This document shows positions 27,949 to 36,075 of a stretch of DNA of 64,000 nt, piece by piece. How positions within the stretch are numbered: the first letter of the stretch is position 1; the number at the start of each line of letters is the position of its first letter. A model generated the notes under the pieces. It was given only the letters and a program-made list of their open reading frames with translations. It made no database searches and had not been told where the DNA came from. The stretch spans positions 45,300 through 109,299 of IMG/VR virus record IMGVR_UViG_3300046535_001869; one strand, written 5' to 3'. Made by a program: the position numbers and the translations under genes. The DNA comes from a virus.

Positions 27949-28908
27949 CTAGCGCCTCCCAATAATAAACCCGCGCAGCCCAGGTGCGGCGAACGCCGTT
28001 GGATTCGGGTACTTGTCCGGCTCCCAGTGTGTTGCGTTCTTAATCACCGCATCGAGAAATTGTGAGGCCCATAAGGACCGCTCCTCCACCGGCACCGGGG
28101 TCAACGGTATCTCGTGCTCGACCTCGCTTGCATCGCGATGTCCAACAAGCTTGGTTGCATGGACTTCAACGACACTCTCGGTCATCTCCGACACAAATTC
28201 ATATGCCTCGCGCCATTCATTCGTAATAGCCCACTCGGGTTTCTTGTAATTCTCGAAGAGCTTTAGACCAGTCGTGGGGAACTCATCATTAATGAGTTGG
28301 GTCCGCATCCACGAATTATCGTCCCACTTGAAGGCCGCATAGTTTGGATAAAGCTGCCATCCAATGAGGTTGCCGTCCTTGCGGGATAAGAGATAGTCGA
28401 CGGCCCAGCAAGGTAAGAGATGCCCAGCACCGTCGAGGCTTGGACAATCGACCTGGGCCAGGCTGACGTTTGTCGTCGCAACAAACGAATCACGACCGAT
28501 GCAGGCACAGAGCGCCCAGGGGTGAATCGCGTTGTCGGAGATAAATGGACGAATCAATGCGAGTGCAGTCAAGAAGTTTGGCGGTAGGGGATTCCAGGTG
28601 TCACCCGGCTGGGCATATTCGACATCGTTTGCCGGTAGAGTCTTGATTGTACCGTGCATACGCCGGGAGCGCAGCGTAATGCTACCGTCGCCGATTTGCA
28701 CTGACTCGATAGAGGGGAGCCGATTGATAAGCCGCTCGAACTCACGACCCGGGACCGCGAATGTCCCGTCGCACGGAATAGGCGCGCAGGCCGTATATCG
28801 GCCGTCACCCGCGGTAATGGTGCCATCGCGTACAAGGTATTGTGTCATTGAGGCTACAATATCCTGGCGCGATAGGGCCTTACGGACTTTGTCGAGCGAT
28901 TCTTTCAT
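27949..28908 (-). CDS. Putative beta sliding-clamp-like protein
   Basis: Size, position next to the polymerase, and repeated ATT/AGDG, RTQLINDEFP clamp-like segments. Confidence 0.55.
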   Translation of the reverse strand: MKESLDKVRKALSRQDIVASMTQYLVRDGTITAGDGRYTACAPIPCDGTFAVPGREFERLINRLPSIESVQIGDGSITLRSRRMHGTIKTLPANDVEYAQPGDTWNPLPPNFLTALALIRPFISDNAIHPWALCACIGRDSFVATTNVSLAQVDCPSLDGAGHLLPCWAVDYLLSRKDGNLIGWQLYPNYAAFKWDDNSWMRTQLINDEFPTTGLKLFENYKKPEWAITNEWREAYEFVSEMTESVVEVHATKLVGHRDASEVEHEIPLTPVPVEERSLWASQFLDAVIKNATHWEPDKYPNPTAFAAPGLRGFIIGRR

Positions 28909-29867
28909 TATGCGACCAGGAGCGGCTGGACTTCGGTGAACCGGTCGACACCGAGGTCCTCGAGACCTTGGTAGGTTGCAGCATTTACGACGTCACGAAA
29001 CGTGTAATGAGTCGCGAGCTGTTCAGCGGTAACACCAAACTCCCCGAGCCACTGATCAACAACACATCGCGACTCTAGAGGAAGGGTTCGATAATGCCAA
29101 CCATTGAAACTACGGGCCTGTGGCGACTCCTCGGAAAAAACTACCTTGCGGAGCTTGTTATTAACGCGAAATAAACAGGCGCCGAAGATTCCTGTCATAA
29201 GCCAGGAGGATGAGTCTACAGAGTGCCAGGGGTACCGGAACATGAGCTGCATGTCCGTTAAACCGAATCCATGGGTTCGGACTTTTGGTGACCCATTTTG
29301 GTTGGTAAGATACTTCATCCAGAGCCAGTCAAGCCGTTGCATTAGCCATTTCGTAGTCTCGGGTACCATTCCTCCTATGAAGATATAATCTTCACCGTCG
29401 TCAATATACTTCTGAAGCCATTCGTCTGGCTCGCGTACATGGAAGACCGGTTTGACCGGGGCGCCTAGTTTAAGAAGGGTCTGGTAATTAGCGTATGTGG
29501 CGCTGGCTGATTCCTCACCGGAACCAATAGCATCGAGCGCGGAATAGACTGTAAAGATCTGGCGTGGTAGGCAACGGCGAATGTACCGGGCATACTCCTC
29601 AATCGGTATCTCATTGCCTTTGGTAAAGGCCGTGAAAGCTCCGGAATCTAGAAATAAATCCCAACCGAAATCAATCGAGTCTCCTATCGCAGCGCTGAGA
29701 CCGTTGGGGAGTTTTTCGAAGTTTGAGCCGGAAAAACCGTGGTAGAAGAAACTGAACAGGCGGCGCTTAACATACTTGGTCCAGACGCCTGCGGCCGTGT
29801 CTCCACCACTGAGGCGAGATATGGCGGTGGCGGTGGCGGCGCGTTCGCCGGCCAGGTAGATCTTCAT
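28908..29867 (-). CDS. dpdA: DNA 7-deazaguanine transglycosylase (DpdA-like, TGT fold)
   Basis: LFLDSGAFTA, ALDAIG, PVFH, IGGMV, THGFG, SVDSSSW; located within the que cluster. Confidence 0.8.
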   Translation of the reverse strand: MKIYLAGERAATATAISRLSGGDTAAGVWTKYVKRRLFSFFYHGFSGSNFEKLPNGLSAAIGDSIDFGWDLFLDSGAFTAFTKGNEIPIEEYARYIRRCLPRQIFTVYSALDAIGSGEESASATYANYQTLLKLGAPVKPVFHVREPDEWLQKYIDDGEDYIFIGGMVPETTKWLMQRLDWLWMKYLTNQNGSPKVRTHGFGLTDMQLMFRYPWHSVDSSSWLMTGIFGACLFRVNNKLRKVVFSEESPQARSFNGWHYRTLPLESRCVVDQWLGEFGVTAEQLATHYTFRDVVNAATYQGLEDLGVDRFTEVQPLLVA

Positions 29868-30253
29868 CGTTTGATAAACTCGCAGGCAGCCTCGAGCGAG
29901 TCGAAGAACTTCCAAGTGTGACAGACGAGCCAGGGAGAGCGCGGTGCACCGCTGACGTCAATGGTGTAAACCGGTATTTGAAGTTCCACCGAGGCCATAC
30001 GAATTTCCATTGCAGAGCCTACGCTCGGCCTGTCGAAATAGGCCAAGAGGGCCGAGGAATTACGGATATCTTCCTCATCCGCTGACACGATTTGGCCGGC
30101 CATCCCCGGTTCCTGCTCGCGTCCGCGGTAGTCACGCCGAATGGGGTCGAGGACCGGGATGGGCGCGAGGAGCTGGGCTGCGCGCTGGCGCCACTCGACA
30201 CAGTCTTGGTCGGAGCGGCCCTGGATTGGGCCGCAAAGGTACACCGGCCTCAT
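29864..30253 (-). CDS. Nucleoside 2'-deoxyribosyltransferase-like / dNMP N-glycosidase
   Basis: VYLCGPI...WR...LDP...D..DI...SVGSAMEI. Confidence 0.75.
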   Translation of the reverse strand: MRPVYLCGPIQGRSDQDCVEWRQRAAQLLAPIPVLDPIRRDYRGREQEPGMAGQIVSADEEDIRNSSALLAYFDRPSVGSAMEIRMASVELQIPVYTIDVSGAPRSPWLVCHTWKFFDSLEAACEFIKR

Positions 30254-31122
30254 TTGCGGAGCGCCATGAATTCGGCCCTCGCCCGTGCGTCGTCATAGAG
30301 TGCACCGCGCAAGGCGCTGGTCGTCGTCGGAGTGTTTGGTGCATGGACACCGCGTGATTCCATACACATATGACGGCATTCGATGATGACACCAACGCCG
30401 ACCGGTGTCAGATGTTCCATTAGCGCGTCGGCAATTTCATTTGTCAAACGCTCCTGTACCTGTAGTCGCTTAGCGAATACGTTGGTCAAACGGACCAGCT
30501 TGGATAGGCCGATGATTTTCCCATCTGGGATATAACCAATGGTCGCGGTTCCAAAGAAAGGAATAAGATGGTGTTCGCACGTTGAGTAAACTGGGATACC
30601 GCGCATAACGACGAGCTCGTTAACCCGGTCGGCTCCGTCCTCAAATGTCTTGAGGACGTCTGCTGGCGACTGGCCGTAACCGCTACATGCCTCAGCCCAG
30701 GCCTTTACCACACGCGTCGGTGTTTGTCGCAGGCCTTCACGCGTCGGATCCTCTCCGATAAACTGGAGGAGGCGTACCACGGCGTCCTCGGCCGAGGCGT
30801 CGTGTTCCTCGGTGGTTTCCCACGGCATGACAAGCCACTGTCCGGCGTACTCGGGTGTGCGTTTGTCGAAAAGGACGCCGAATCGAATTCCTTCGTACCT
30901 CGCGGCAGTGCGCCCACTATCCCAGATATCGTCGACGACCACGTCGGCCGCACTGAGGCTGTCGACGAGCTCGGCACCGGTAAGGGCGCCGATGGCCAAG
31001 GCGACCGGTACCCCGCCACGTGGCACGCCCCAGATACGCGTCCTACTGCCAATCTGGAGACGGTCGGCGAGTTGGCGTGCCGCTGCCAAGACCTCGGCCG
31101 GAGTAATGAGACGTTGGGTCAT
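30250..31122 (-). CDS. folE: Phosphoribosyltransferase-GTP cyclohydrolase I fusion
   Basis: N-terminal GVPRGG, VVVDDIWDSGRT, MPWE (PRTase); C-terminal REGL..TP.RV, STCEHHLIPF, GLSKL, RLQVQERLT, HMCMESRG. Confidence 0.9.
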   Translation of the reverse strand: MTQRLITPAEVLAAARQLADRLQIGSRTRIWGVPRGGVPVALAIGALTGAELVDSLSAADVVVDDIWDSGRTAARYEGIRFGVLFDKRTPEYAGQWLVMPWETTEEHDASAEDAVVRLLQFIGEDPTREGLRQTPTRVVKAWAEACSGYGQSPADVLKTFEDGADRVNELVVMRGIPVYSTCEHHLIPFFGTATIGYIPDGKIIGLSKLVRLTNVFAKRLQVQERLTNEIADALMEHLTPVGVGVIIECRHMCMESRGVHAPNTPTTTSALRGALYDDARARAEFMALRK

Positions 31123-31694
31123 TGTGCAGCCTGCTGCCAAGTTAGATTATGAATAATATTATAAATAGTACTTTCGTGAACATTATATCGATTCGCGAGT
31201 GCTCGAACTCCATTCTTTCTTGACCATGGAGTACAATTGTCTCTTATGAACTCAATTTCTATTTGAGTTAATTTTCCGGACTTAACAAATTCGCCGTAAG
31301 TTGTCCGTCTACCGTTGCGTACTGCATCTTGAATATTTTCTTTCTGGGTTCCCCAGATAAGATTATCTAGACGATTATTCTCAACATTATCATCTATATG
31401 ACGGGCTTTGTTTCGCCGATCGTCAGGAGGTGGTCCGACAAAGGTGAATAGGATTAGACGCGCTGCTGAAATTTTTGCCGCTCGTCCACTATCATGCAAT
31501 GATATAAATGTACGCCTATAAGGTGGAGGCAAAGACGGTGAAAAGTTCTCCGACGCAGTCTTAGAGGAATAGTATTGTACGTTCACAACCAAATCGTGTG
31601 CCGGACGATTAGAGCACGCAAGTTTACGGAAATGGCCTAAATTACTAGCCTCGTGGTTTGGCCAGTCGGGTATTTGTCTCCACTCCTCTGTCAT
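31119..31694 (-). CDS. NUMOD4/HNH homing endonuclease-like protein
   Basis: EEWRQIP...EASNLG; RHIDDNVENNRLDNLIWGTQKEN; AT-rich. Confidence 0.8.
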   Translation of the reverse strand: MTEEWRQIPDWPNHEASNLGHFRKLACSNRPAHDLVVNVQYYSSKTASENFSPSLPPPYRRTFISLHDSGRAAKISAARLILFTFVGPPPDDRRNKARHIDDNVENNRLDNLIWGTQKENIQDAVRNGRRTTYGEFVKSGKLTQIEIEFIRDNCTPWSRKNGVRALANRYNVHESTIYNIIHNLTWQQAAQ

Positions 31695-32377
31695 TTTGCG
31701 TACTCGGTTGGATCGTTTACTCCTGCACGAATAAATGCCTCTCGACGCGCACGGCATGTCGGACACACGCCACAATGCAGATCGCCACCGGCATAACAGG
31801 ACCATGTCATATGGTAAGGAGTTCCGAGCTCTGCACCCATCTTAATAATTTGATCTTTTGTCATAAACTGCCAAGGGACATTCAGCTGAACGCGATGGTA
31901 TGTCCCAACATCAATGGCATTGGCCATCGCACCAGTGAATTGAAATGTGCAGTCTGGGTATGCGCTCCGCTCCGCGTCCTCGGCATGCGCTCCAAAGTAG
32001 ATAATCGCATTGACGCCGTCGATTAGCGTTCCCTGGATATGGGAGGCCAGGACCGAGAGCATAAGACCATTTCGAAATGGAACATAGGTCGGACTGATCC
32101 CATGGGGGAGGTCCGCGTACGATACGGACGGGATTTCGCGTGAGGAGTCGGTTAGCATTGTCTTGGGAACAATCGAATCGAGTGTAATGACCGAGTGCGG
32201 ACGACCATAGAAGTTCGCCACCCGTTGGGCGTGCTCGATCTCCTTACTGTGGCGCTGACCATAGTTGATACTTATAGTCCGAACGGCCTGCTGGCCAAGG
32301 TTTCGGACCGCCAGCGACACGGCAGTTGAGGAGTCGATGCCGCCGGATAAAAGAACGTAGCCCAGGGTGATGGTCAT
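31691..32377 (-). CDS. queC: 7-cyano-7-deazaguanine synthase
   Basis: LLSGGIDSST, YGQRH, TYVPFRN, YPDC, TWSCY..CGVCPTC. Confidence 0.95.
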   Translation of the reverse strand: MTITLGYVLLSGGIDSSTAVSLAVRNLGQQAVRTISINYGQRHSKEIEHAQRVANFYGRPHSVITLDSIVPKTMLTDSSREIPSVSYADLPHGISPTYVPFRNGLMLSVLASHIQGTLIDGVNAIIYFGAHAEDAERSAYPDCTFQFTGAMANAIDVGTYHRVQLNVPWQFMTKDQIIKMGAELGTPYHMTWSCYAGGDLHCGVCPTCRARREAFIRAGVNDPTEYAK

Positions 32378-32403
32378 GATGCTCCCTTTTCGCTAAGGTA
32401 GAC

Positions 32404-32438
32404 GCCGGCCTTTCTTCCCACTGTGGCCGGCAACAGTG
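32404..32438 (-). ncRNA. Candidate H-type pseudoknot in the queD-queC spacer
   Basis: Minus strand CACTGT-T-GCCGGCC-ACAGTG-GGAAGAAA-GGCCGGC: two perfect interleaved stems. Confidence 0.4.
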
Positions 32439-32473
32439 CGTCAAAGATAGAAGTGGAGGGAGTAGAACCACCG

Positions 32474-32914
32474 CTACCCGGAAGCTGGATAGTCTGACCA
32501 ACAATTAACGGTTTCGTAGACACGTAGCCGGGCGAGCGAGGCCAGGCCTTTACTCCGGCGCTCCACCTCGGGTGCTAATTGATTAAACCAGAGACGCGCC
32601 AAGTTCTCGGCGGTTGGAATACTCGGGATAATCTGGAGCTTCCCGCAGCACTCGCGAAACTGCGAAAGTAATGGGTCGTCCGACCAAACGATCATTGCAT
32701 GATCAAATGGTTCGTCTATTACAGACATCATCTCATCTTTGAGAAAACCAAAATCAAGGACCATCCCGGCCTGGCTGCCCTCCTCTTGTAAGGCGCCGAC
32801 ACAGGTGGCCTGAATCGTATACCGATGACCGTGGACGTTACAGCATTTTGATTCGTGATCGGGAACACGGTGTGCTGCATCGATACTAATTTCACGGGTA
32901 ATATGATGGAGCAC
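32474..32914 (-). CDS. queD: 6-carboxy-5,6,7,8-tetrahydropterin synthase
   Basis: IDAAHRV...C.NVHGHRY, GMVLDFG, FDH, PTAENLA, VYET. Confidence 0.93.
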   Translation of the reverse strand: MLHHITREISIDAAHRVPDHESKCCNVHGHRYTIQATCVGALQEEGSQAGMVLDFGFLKDEMMSVIDEPFDHAMIVWSDDPLLSQFRECCGKLQIIPSIPTAENLARLWFNQLAPEVERRSKGLASLARLRVYETVNCWSDYPASG

Positions 32915-32950
32915 GGTAGGTCTCCCTGGATAACATATTGACGAAACACA

Positions 32951-32979
32951 ATAGTACCGGTAAATAGACGAAAAGTAAA
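32951..32979 (-). promoter_or_regulatory. Phage promoter TTTACT-N17-TACTAT for the que/dpdA/pol operon
   Basis: TTTACTTTTCG family. Confidence 0.75.
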
Positions 32980-33001
32980 GGCCCCTGGTGGGGCCTTTAC
33001 T
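32971..33001 (-). terminator. Rho-independent terminator overlapping the -35 of the next promoter
   Basis: GTAAAGGCCCC-ACCA-GGGGCCTTTAC followed by TTTT. Confidence 0.7.
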
Positions 33002-33028
33002 CATTGTTGTGCTCGATGTCGTGTGGGG

Positions 33029-33721
33029 CTACTCGACGGCCGATCCGGTGTACACAAGGCCGCGGCCTTCGACCTTCTCCTTGTGGATATTCAGCTTGCC
33101 GGTCTTGGCCAGACGCACGAGCTGGACGCGGATAGTCGTGCCCATACCGCCCTTGGAGCCTTCGCCGGCGCGGTCGGGGAAGACGCTCGCGAGATGCTGG
33201 TAGAGCTCCTCGACCGTCCCGCCGCCGTTCTTGAGCATGTCGACAAGAGTTGAAATGACACCCGGCGCCTTTGGCTCGGCTGGCGCCTTCTCGGCCTTTG
33301 GTGCACGGGTCTTCTTGGCCTTGACTTCGGTTCCGGTGACTTCGGTGTTCTCGCCTTCCATTGACTTAGTCCTTTGGGTTTGAGGGATAATGCTAGGCAC
33401 GGCGGCCTGGGCCTTGTCGATGAGCTTTAGAGCGATACGGCGGAATGCGGTGTCCCGGTCGTGGAAGCTCTTGACCCGGTCCTTTTCAGAGACCATGGCG
33501 TTATAGATCTCAGCGAGTTTGGCCTGGGTTGTGAACCCGCGAATGATCCAAGCGGATTCAATCTCCTCCTGTAGTGGGTGCGCAGTATCGAAGATGAACG
33601 CAGTCCGATTCGAGGGGAGGTGCTCGGTCCAGTTCTTGATCTGGGCCAAACTGACATCATCCTCAAACCGCCGAATACGAACATCCTCGAGCCACTCACG
33701 CCAATCCAAAACGATACGCAT
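33029..33721 (-). CDS. Protein with Lys/Ala/Pro linker and winged-helix-like C-terminus (paralogue 3)
   Basis: APGVISTLVDML...ELY..L...FPDRA...GGMGTTIRVQL. Confidence 0.7.
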   Translation of the reverse strand: MRIVLDWREWLEDVRIRRFEDDVSLAQIKNWTEHLPSNRTAFIFDTAHPLQEEIESAWIIRGFTTQAKLAEIYNAMVSEKDRVKSFHDRDTAFRRIALKLIDKAQAAVPSIIPQTQRTKSMEGENTEVTGTEVKAKKTRAPKAEKAPAEPKAPGVISTLVDMLKNGGGTVEELYQHLASVFPDRAGEGSKGGMGTTIRVQLVRLAKTGKLNIHKEKVEGRGLVYTGSAVE

Positions 33722-33858
33722 GTGCCTAAACTCCCTCGGTTAGAGCCGGGTTTTGACGACCCAGCGTGGACCAAGATTGTCCCGAAACTCGACGGTAAAA
33801 GTCAAGACTTCATTACGTCAAATTTCGGGATCTGACAGTCGAAAACGATGGTTGACTT

Positions 33859-34731
33859 TTAGAATGGTACCTCATCCGAGGAGGCGCGTTGGGTGTCGGT
33901 GCCGCCCTCAGCCGAGGCCTGGAAGTTGGCGCGGGCCTGACCCGAACGGACCAGCTCGGAGAAGGACTTGGCCGTCGCATAGAGCGGCTCGTTCTGGCGG
34001 ATCAGCGACTCGCGGGCGGTCGGGGCGGCCAGCTCGAACTGGAAGTTGTAGAACGGCTGGCCCTGGCTATTCTTCTGGCCAACCGAGGTCAGCCGCCAGC
34101 GGTGCGCCCAGATCGGCGGGGTCACGACCCGGCCGTTGACCGGGTACTTCAGGGAGCCGATCCGGGTGAATAGCTTCTTGTAAACCCCGATCTTGGTGCT
34201 GGTGAACGCGATGACGACCTGCTCGGCCGAGGTCTCGTCGAGCGGAGGGGGTGCGACGAGCGCGAAGAGGTTGAACTGCTCGACGAGCTCTGTCCCCTCG
34301 CCGGTGTCGAGCGGCTTGAAGCGGCCCTGCTGGCGGATCAGGCGCTGGACGCGCTCGTCGTCCGGGCCGACGACGCCGCGGAACCCGCCGCCCTGGGTGC
34401 GCGGGACCCACTCGCCGTAGAGGTAGTCGCGCGCGACCGGGACCACGTCGAGGCCGGTGTGGCCGTCGTAGAGCTGGCCGGTCATCGTGTTGACGAACAT
34501 GCCGGGCTTAGCAGCCTCGTTATAGACCGGTCCCGAGGGGTCGGCGACCTGCGGGCTAAGGGCCTGGATCAGGCCAAGGAACGGTGTCAGCAGCTCCTCG
34601 GAACGGGCGCCCTCCATCCCAGCGCCGGCATCGTCGCCGAAGTCGACTATTTCGAGATCGGTGCCCGGCCCCAGATTGGCCGGGGTCAGCGGTGGCTTCT
34701 CGTCCTGTTGCTTGCGTCTCGCGTCGCTCAT
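33859..34731 (-). CDS. Putative ssDNA-binding/annealing protein
   Basis: PFLGLIQALSPQV, EWVPRTQGGGF; acidic C-terminus ending DEVPF; replication module. Confidence 0.6.
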   Translation of the reverse strand: MSDARRKQQDEKPPLTPANLGPGTDLEIVDFGDDAGAGMEGARSEELLTPFLGLIQALSPQVADPSGPVYNEAAKPGMFVNTMTGQLYDGHTGLDVVPVARDYLYGEWVPRTQGGGFRGVVGPDDERVQRLIRQQGRFKPLDTGEGTELVEQFNLFALVAPPPLDETSAEQVVIAFTSTKIGVYKKLFTRIGSLKYPVNGRVVTPPIWAHRWRLTSVGQKNSQGQPFYNFQFELAAPTARESLIRQNEPLYATAKSFSELVRSGQARANFQASAEGGTDTQRASSDEVPF

Positions 34732-34943
34732 GGTTCGTCCTTCCTCTGGGTTAACATCGATTCGATCGCCGCGGCCTGAGCTAGTGCCAGGTCTACGAAG
34801 GCGATCGGATTATGGGGGTACGCGGTAGTCCACTCGGGCCAACGCTCGCGGTGGGCGGCGGCCGGTCCCCAGGCGAGGTCGCGGCGGGCCTCGTGGAGGA
34901 GCTTGGCTACGGGCCAGAGGCGGCGCATCTGGTCTAGGGTCAT
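34728..34943 (-). CDS. Hypothetical protein
   Basis: Packed ORF. Confidence 0.5.
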   Translation of the reverse strand: MTLDQMRRLWPVAKLLHEARRDLAWGPAAAHRERWPEWTTAYPHNPIAFVDLALAQAAAIESMLTQRKDEP

Positions 34944-35212
34944 CGCTCGCGAGTCCCGGTGATCGGGTCACGAGGGGCGTTGCACGCCGCCTCGATATTT
35001 CGCTTCAGGCCATAGATGTCAGGTGGACCGCCATCATGATTTGAGTGAAATCTTAGGGTGGTACTTCCTCCGCCGACGTAGTGGAGTACCAACGTTCCGT
35101 CGCGTCCATCCGTGACTTCTACGGCGGCGAGATGGTCTAGGTCGAAGCTAAGGCCACCAGGCGACGCGATCTGCATCCCAGGAGGGCAGAACTTCGTGAT
35201 GCGAGTCATCAT
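34940..35212 (-). CDS. Hypothetical protein
   Basis: Packed ORF. Confidence 0.5.
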   Translation of the reverse strand: MMTRITKFCPPGMQIASPGGLSFDLDHLAAVEVTDGRDGTLVLHYVGGGSTTLRFHSNHDGGPPDIYGLKRNIEAACNAPRDPITGTRER

Positions 35213-35805
35213 CGGCGGGCAAGTCCCTTCAGCTCGACGGTCCTCGGGCGAGAGCCAACGACCGCGGTCGTCGAGCGGTAGACGCCGAGTAGCTCCAAGG
35301 GGGGATCGTCGCCGCGCAGGACTAGCTCTCGCACGAAGGCGCCGATGGTCGGCGCAGCAATTTGTTCTCTGAGGTCGAGCTTTTTGAAGCGGTTCGACAG
35401 GCGGTGAGCGCGAAGCTCAGCGAGGAGCGTACGTGCCTCCTCGAGGTCACCGCGGTCCAGCTCGATCTCAATCGTGGTCTTGATTAACGGCGCTCCATCG
35501 TGCTCCTCAACCCAGAGGAGGCCGTCGGCAGCGGTCAACTTGTTCCCGATGAACTTGTCCTCGATCTTAACCGGGGTGCCGTCGGTCAGGGTAAAGCCCG
35601 ACATGCCTACGGCGCGGAGAGCCTCGGGGAGGTCGACCTCCTTAGTCTGACGCAGCGCGGTCAGGGCCTGCTGGAGGAGGGACGTGAGGCGCACGGCCTC
35701 GGCCTCCTCCTGGCGCTGGCGCTCGGCTAGCGTCGCGACGCGGCTTAGGTCAGCGTCGGTCGGGGGAGGGGCGGGCTCTACGTCGGCGGGGGACAGGTCG
35801 TTCAT
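35209..35805 (-). CDS. Conserved-looking phage replication-module protein
   Basis: DLPEAL...GFTLTDG...W....G..LIK pattern. Confidence 0.6.
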   Translation of the reverse strand: MNDLSPADVEPAPPPTDADLSRVATLAERQRQEEAEAVRLTSLLQQALTALRQTKEVDLPEALRAVGMSGFTLTDGTPVKIEDKFIGNKLTAADGLLWVEEHDGAPLIKTTIEIELDRGDLEEARTLLAELRAHRLSNRFKKLDLREQIAAPTIGAFVRELVLRGDDPPLELLGVYRSTTAVVGSRPRTVELKGLARR

Positions 35806-35841
35806 GGTGTCTTAGGCTCGTCAGTTAATTACACGGGAGGT

Positions 35842-35870
35842 CTTATACGCTACTTTAGACGAAAAGTAAA
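35842..35870 (-). promoter_or_regulatory. Phage promoter TTTACT-N17-TATAAG
   Basis: TTTACTTTTCG family. Confidence 0.75.
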
Positions 35871-35877
35871 CACCTAA

Positions 35878-36075
35878 TCACCGTTCGTACTGCGCTACTC
35901 GAACGCCAGTAAGGACGCTGGTTAGAATCACAGTTCCGCTGGAGATTATGAGAGACGCGGTCGGCGCGGGCGGCAGACCGCCTTCCCCAAGATGAGATAA
36001 GACTTCGAGTAAGAGCACCGCGTTCGCGAAACCAGAGACCCAGGTGATTATCACTAGACTTTTCATCACAACCAC
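35878..36075 (-). CDS. Small two-TM membrane protein
   Basis: Two hydrophobic helices. Confidence 0.5.
   Translation of the reverse strand: MVVMKSLVIITWVSGFANAVLLLEVLSHLGEGGLPPAPTASLIISSGTVILTSVLTGVRVAQYER

Noticed and set aside
32452-32473. GTGG-TTC..CCAC hairpin as a canonical preQ1-I riboswitch
   Set aside because: Lacks the A-rich 3' tail required for class I; only the downstream pseudoknot is reported
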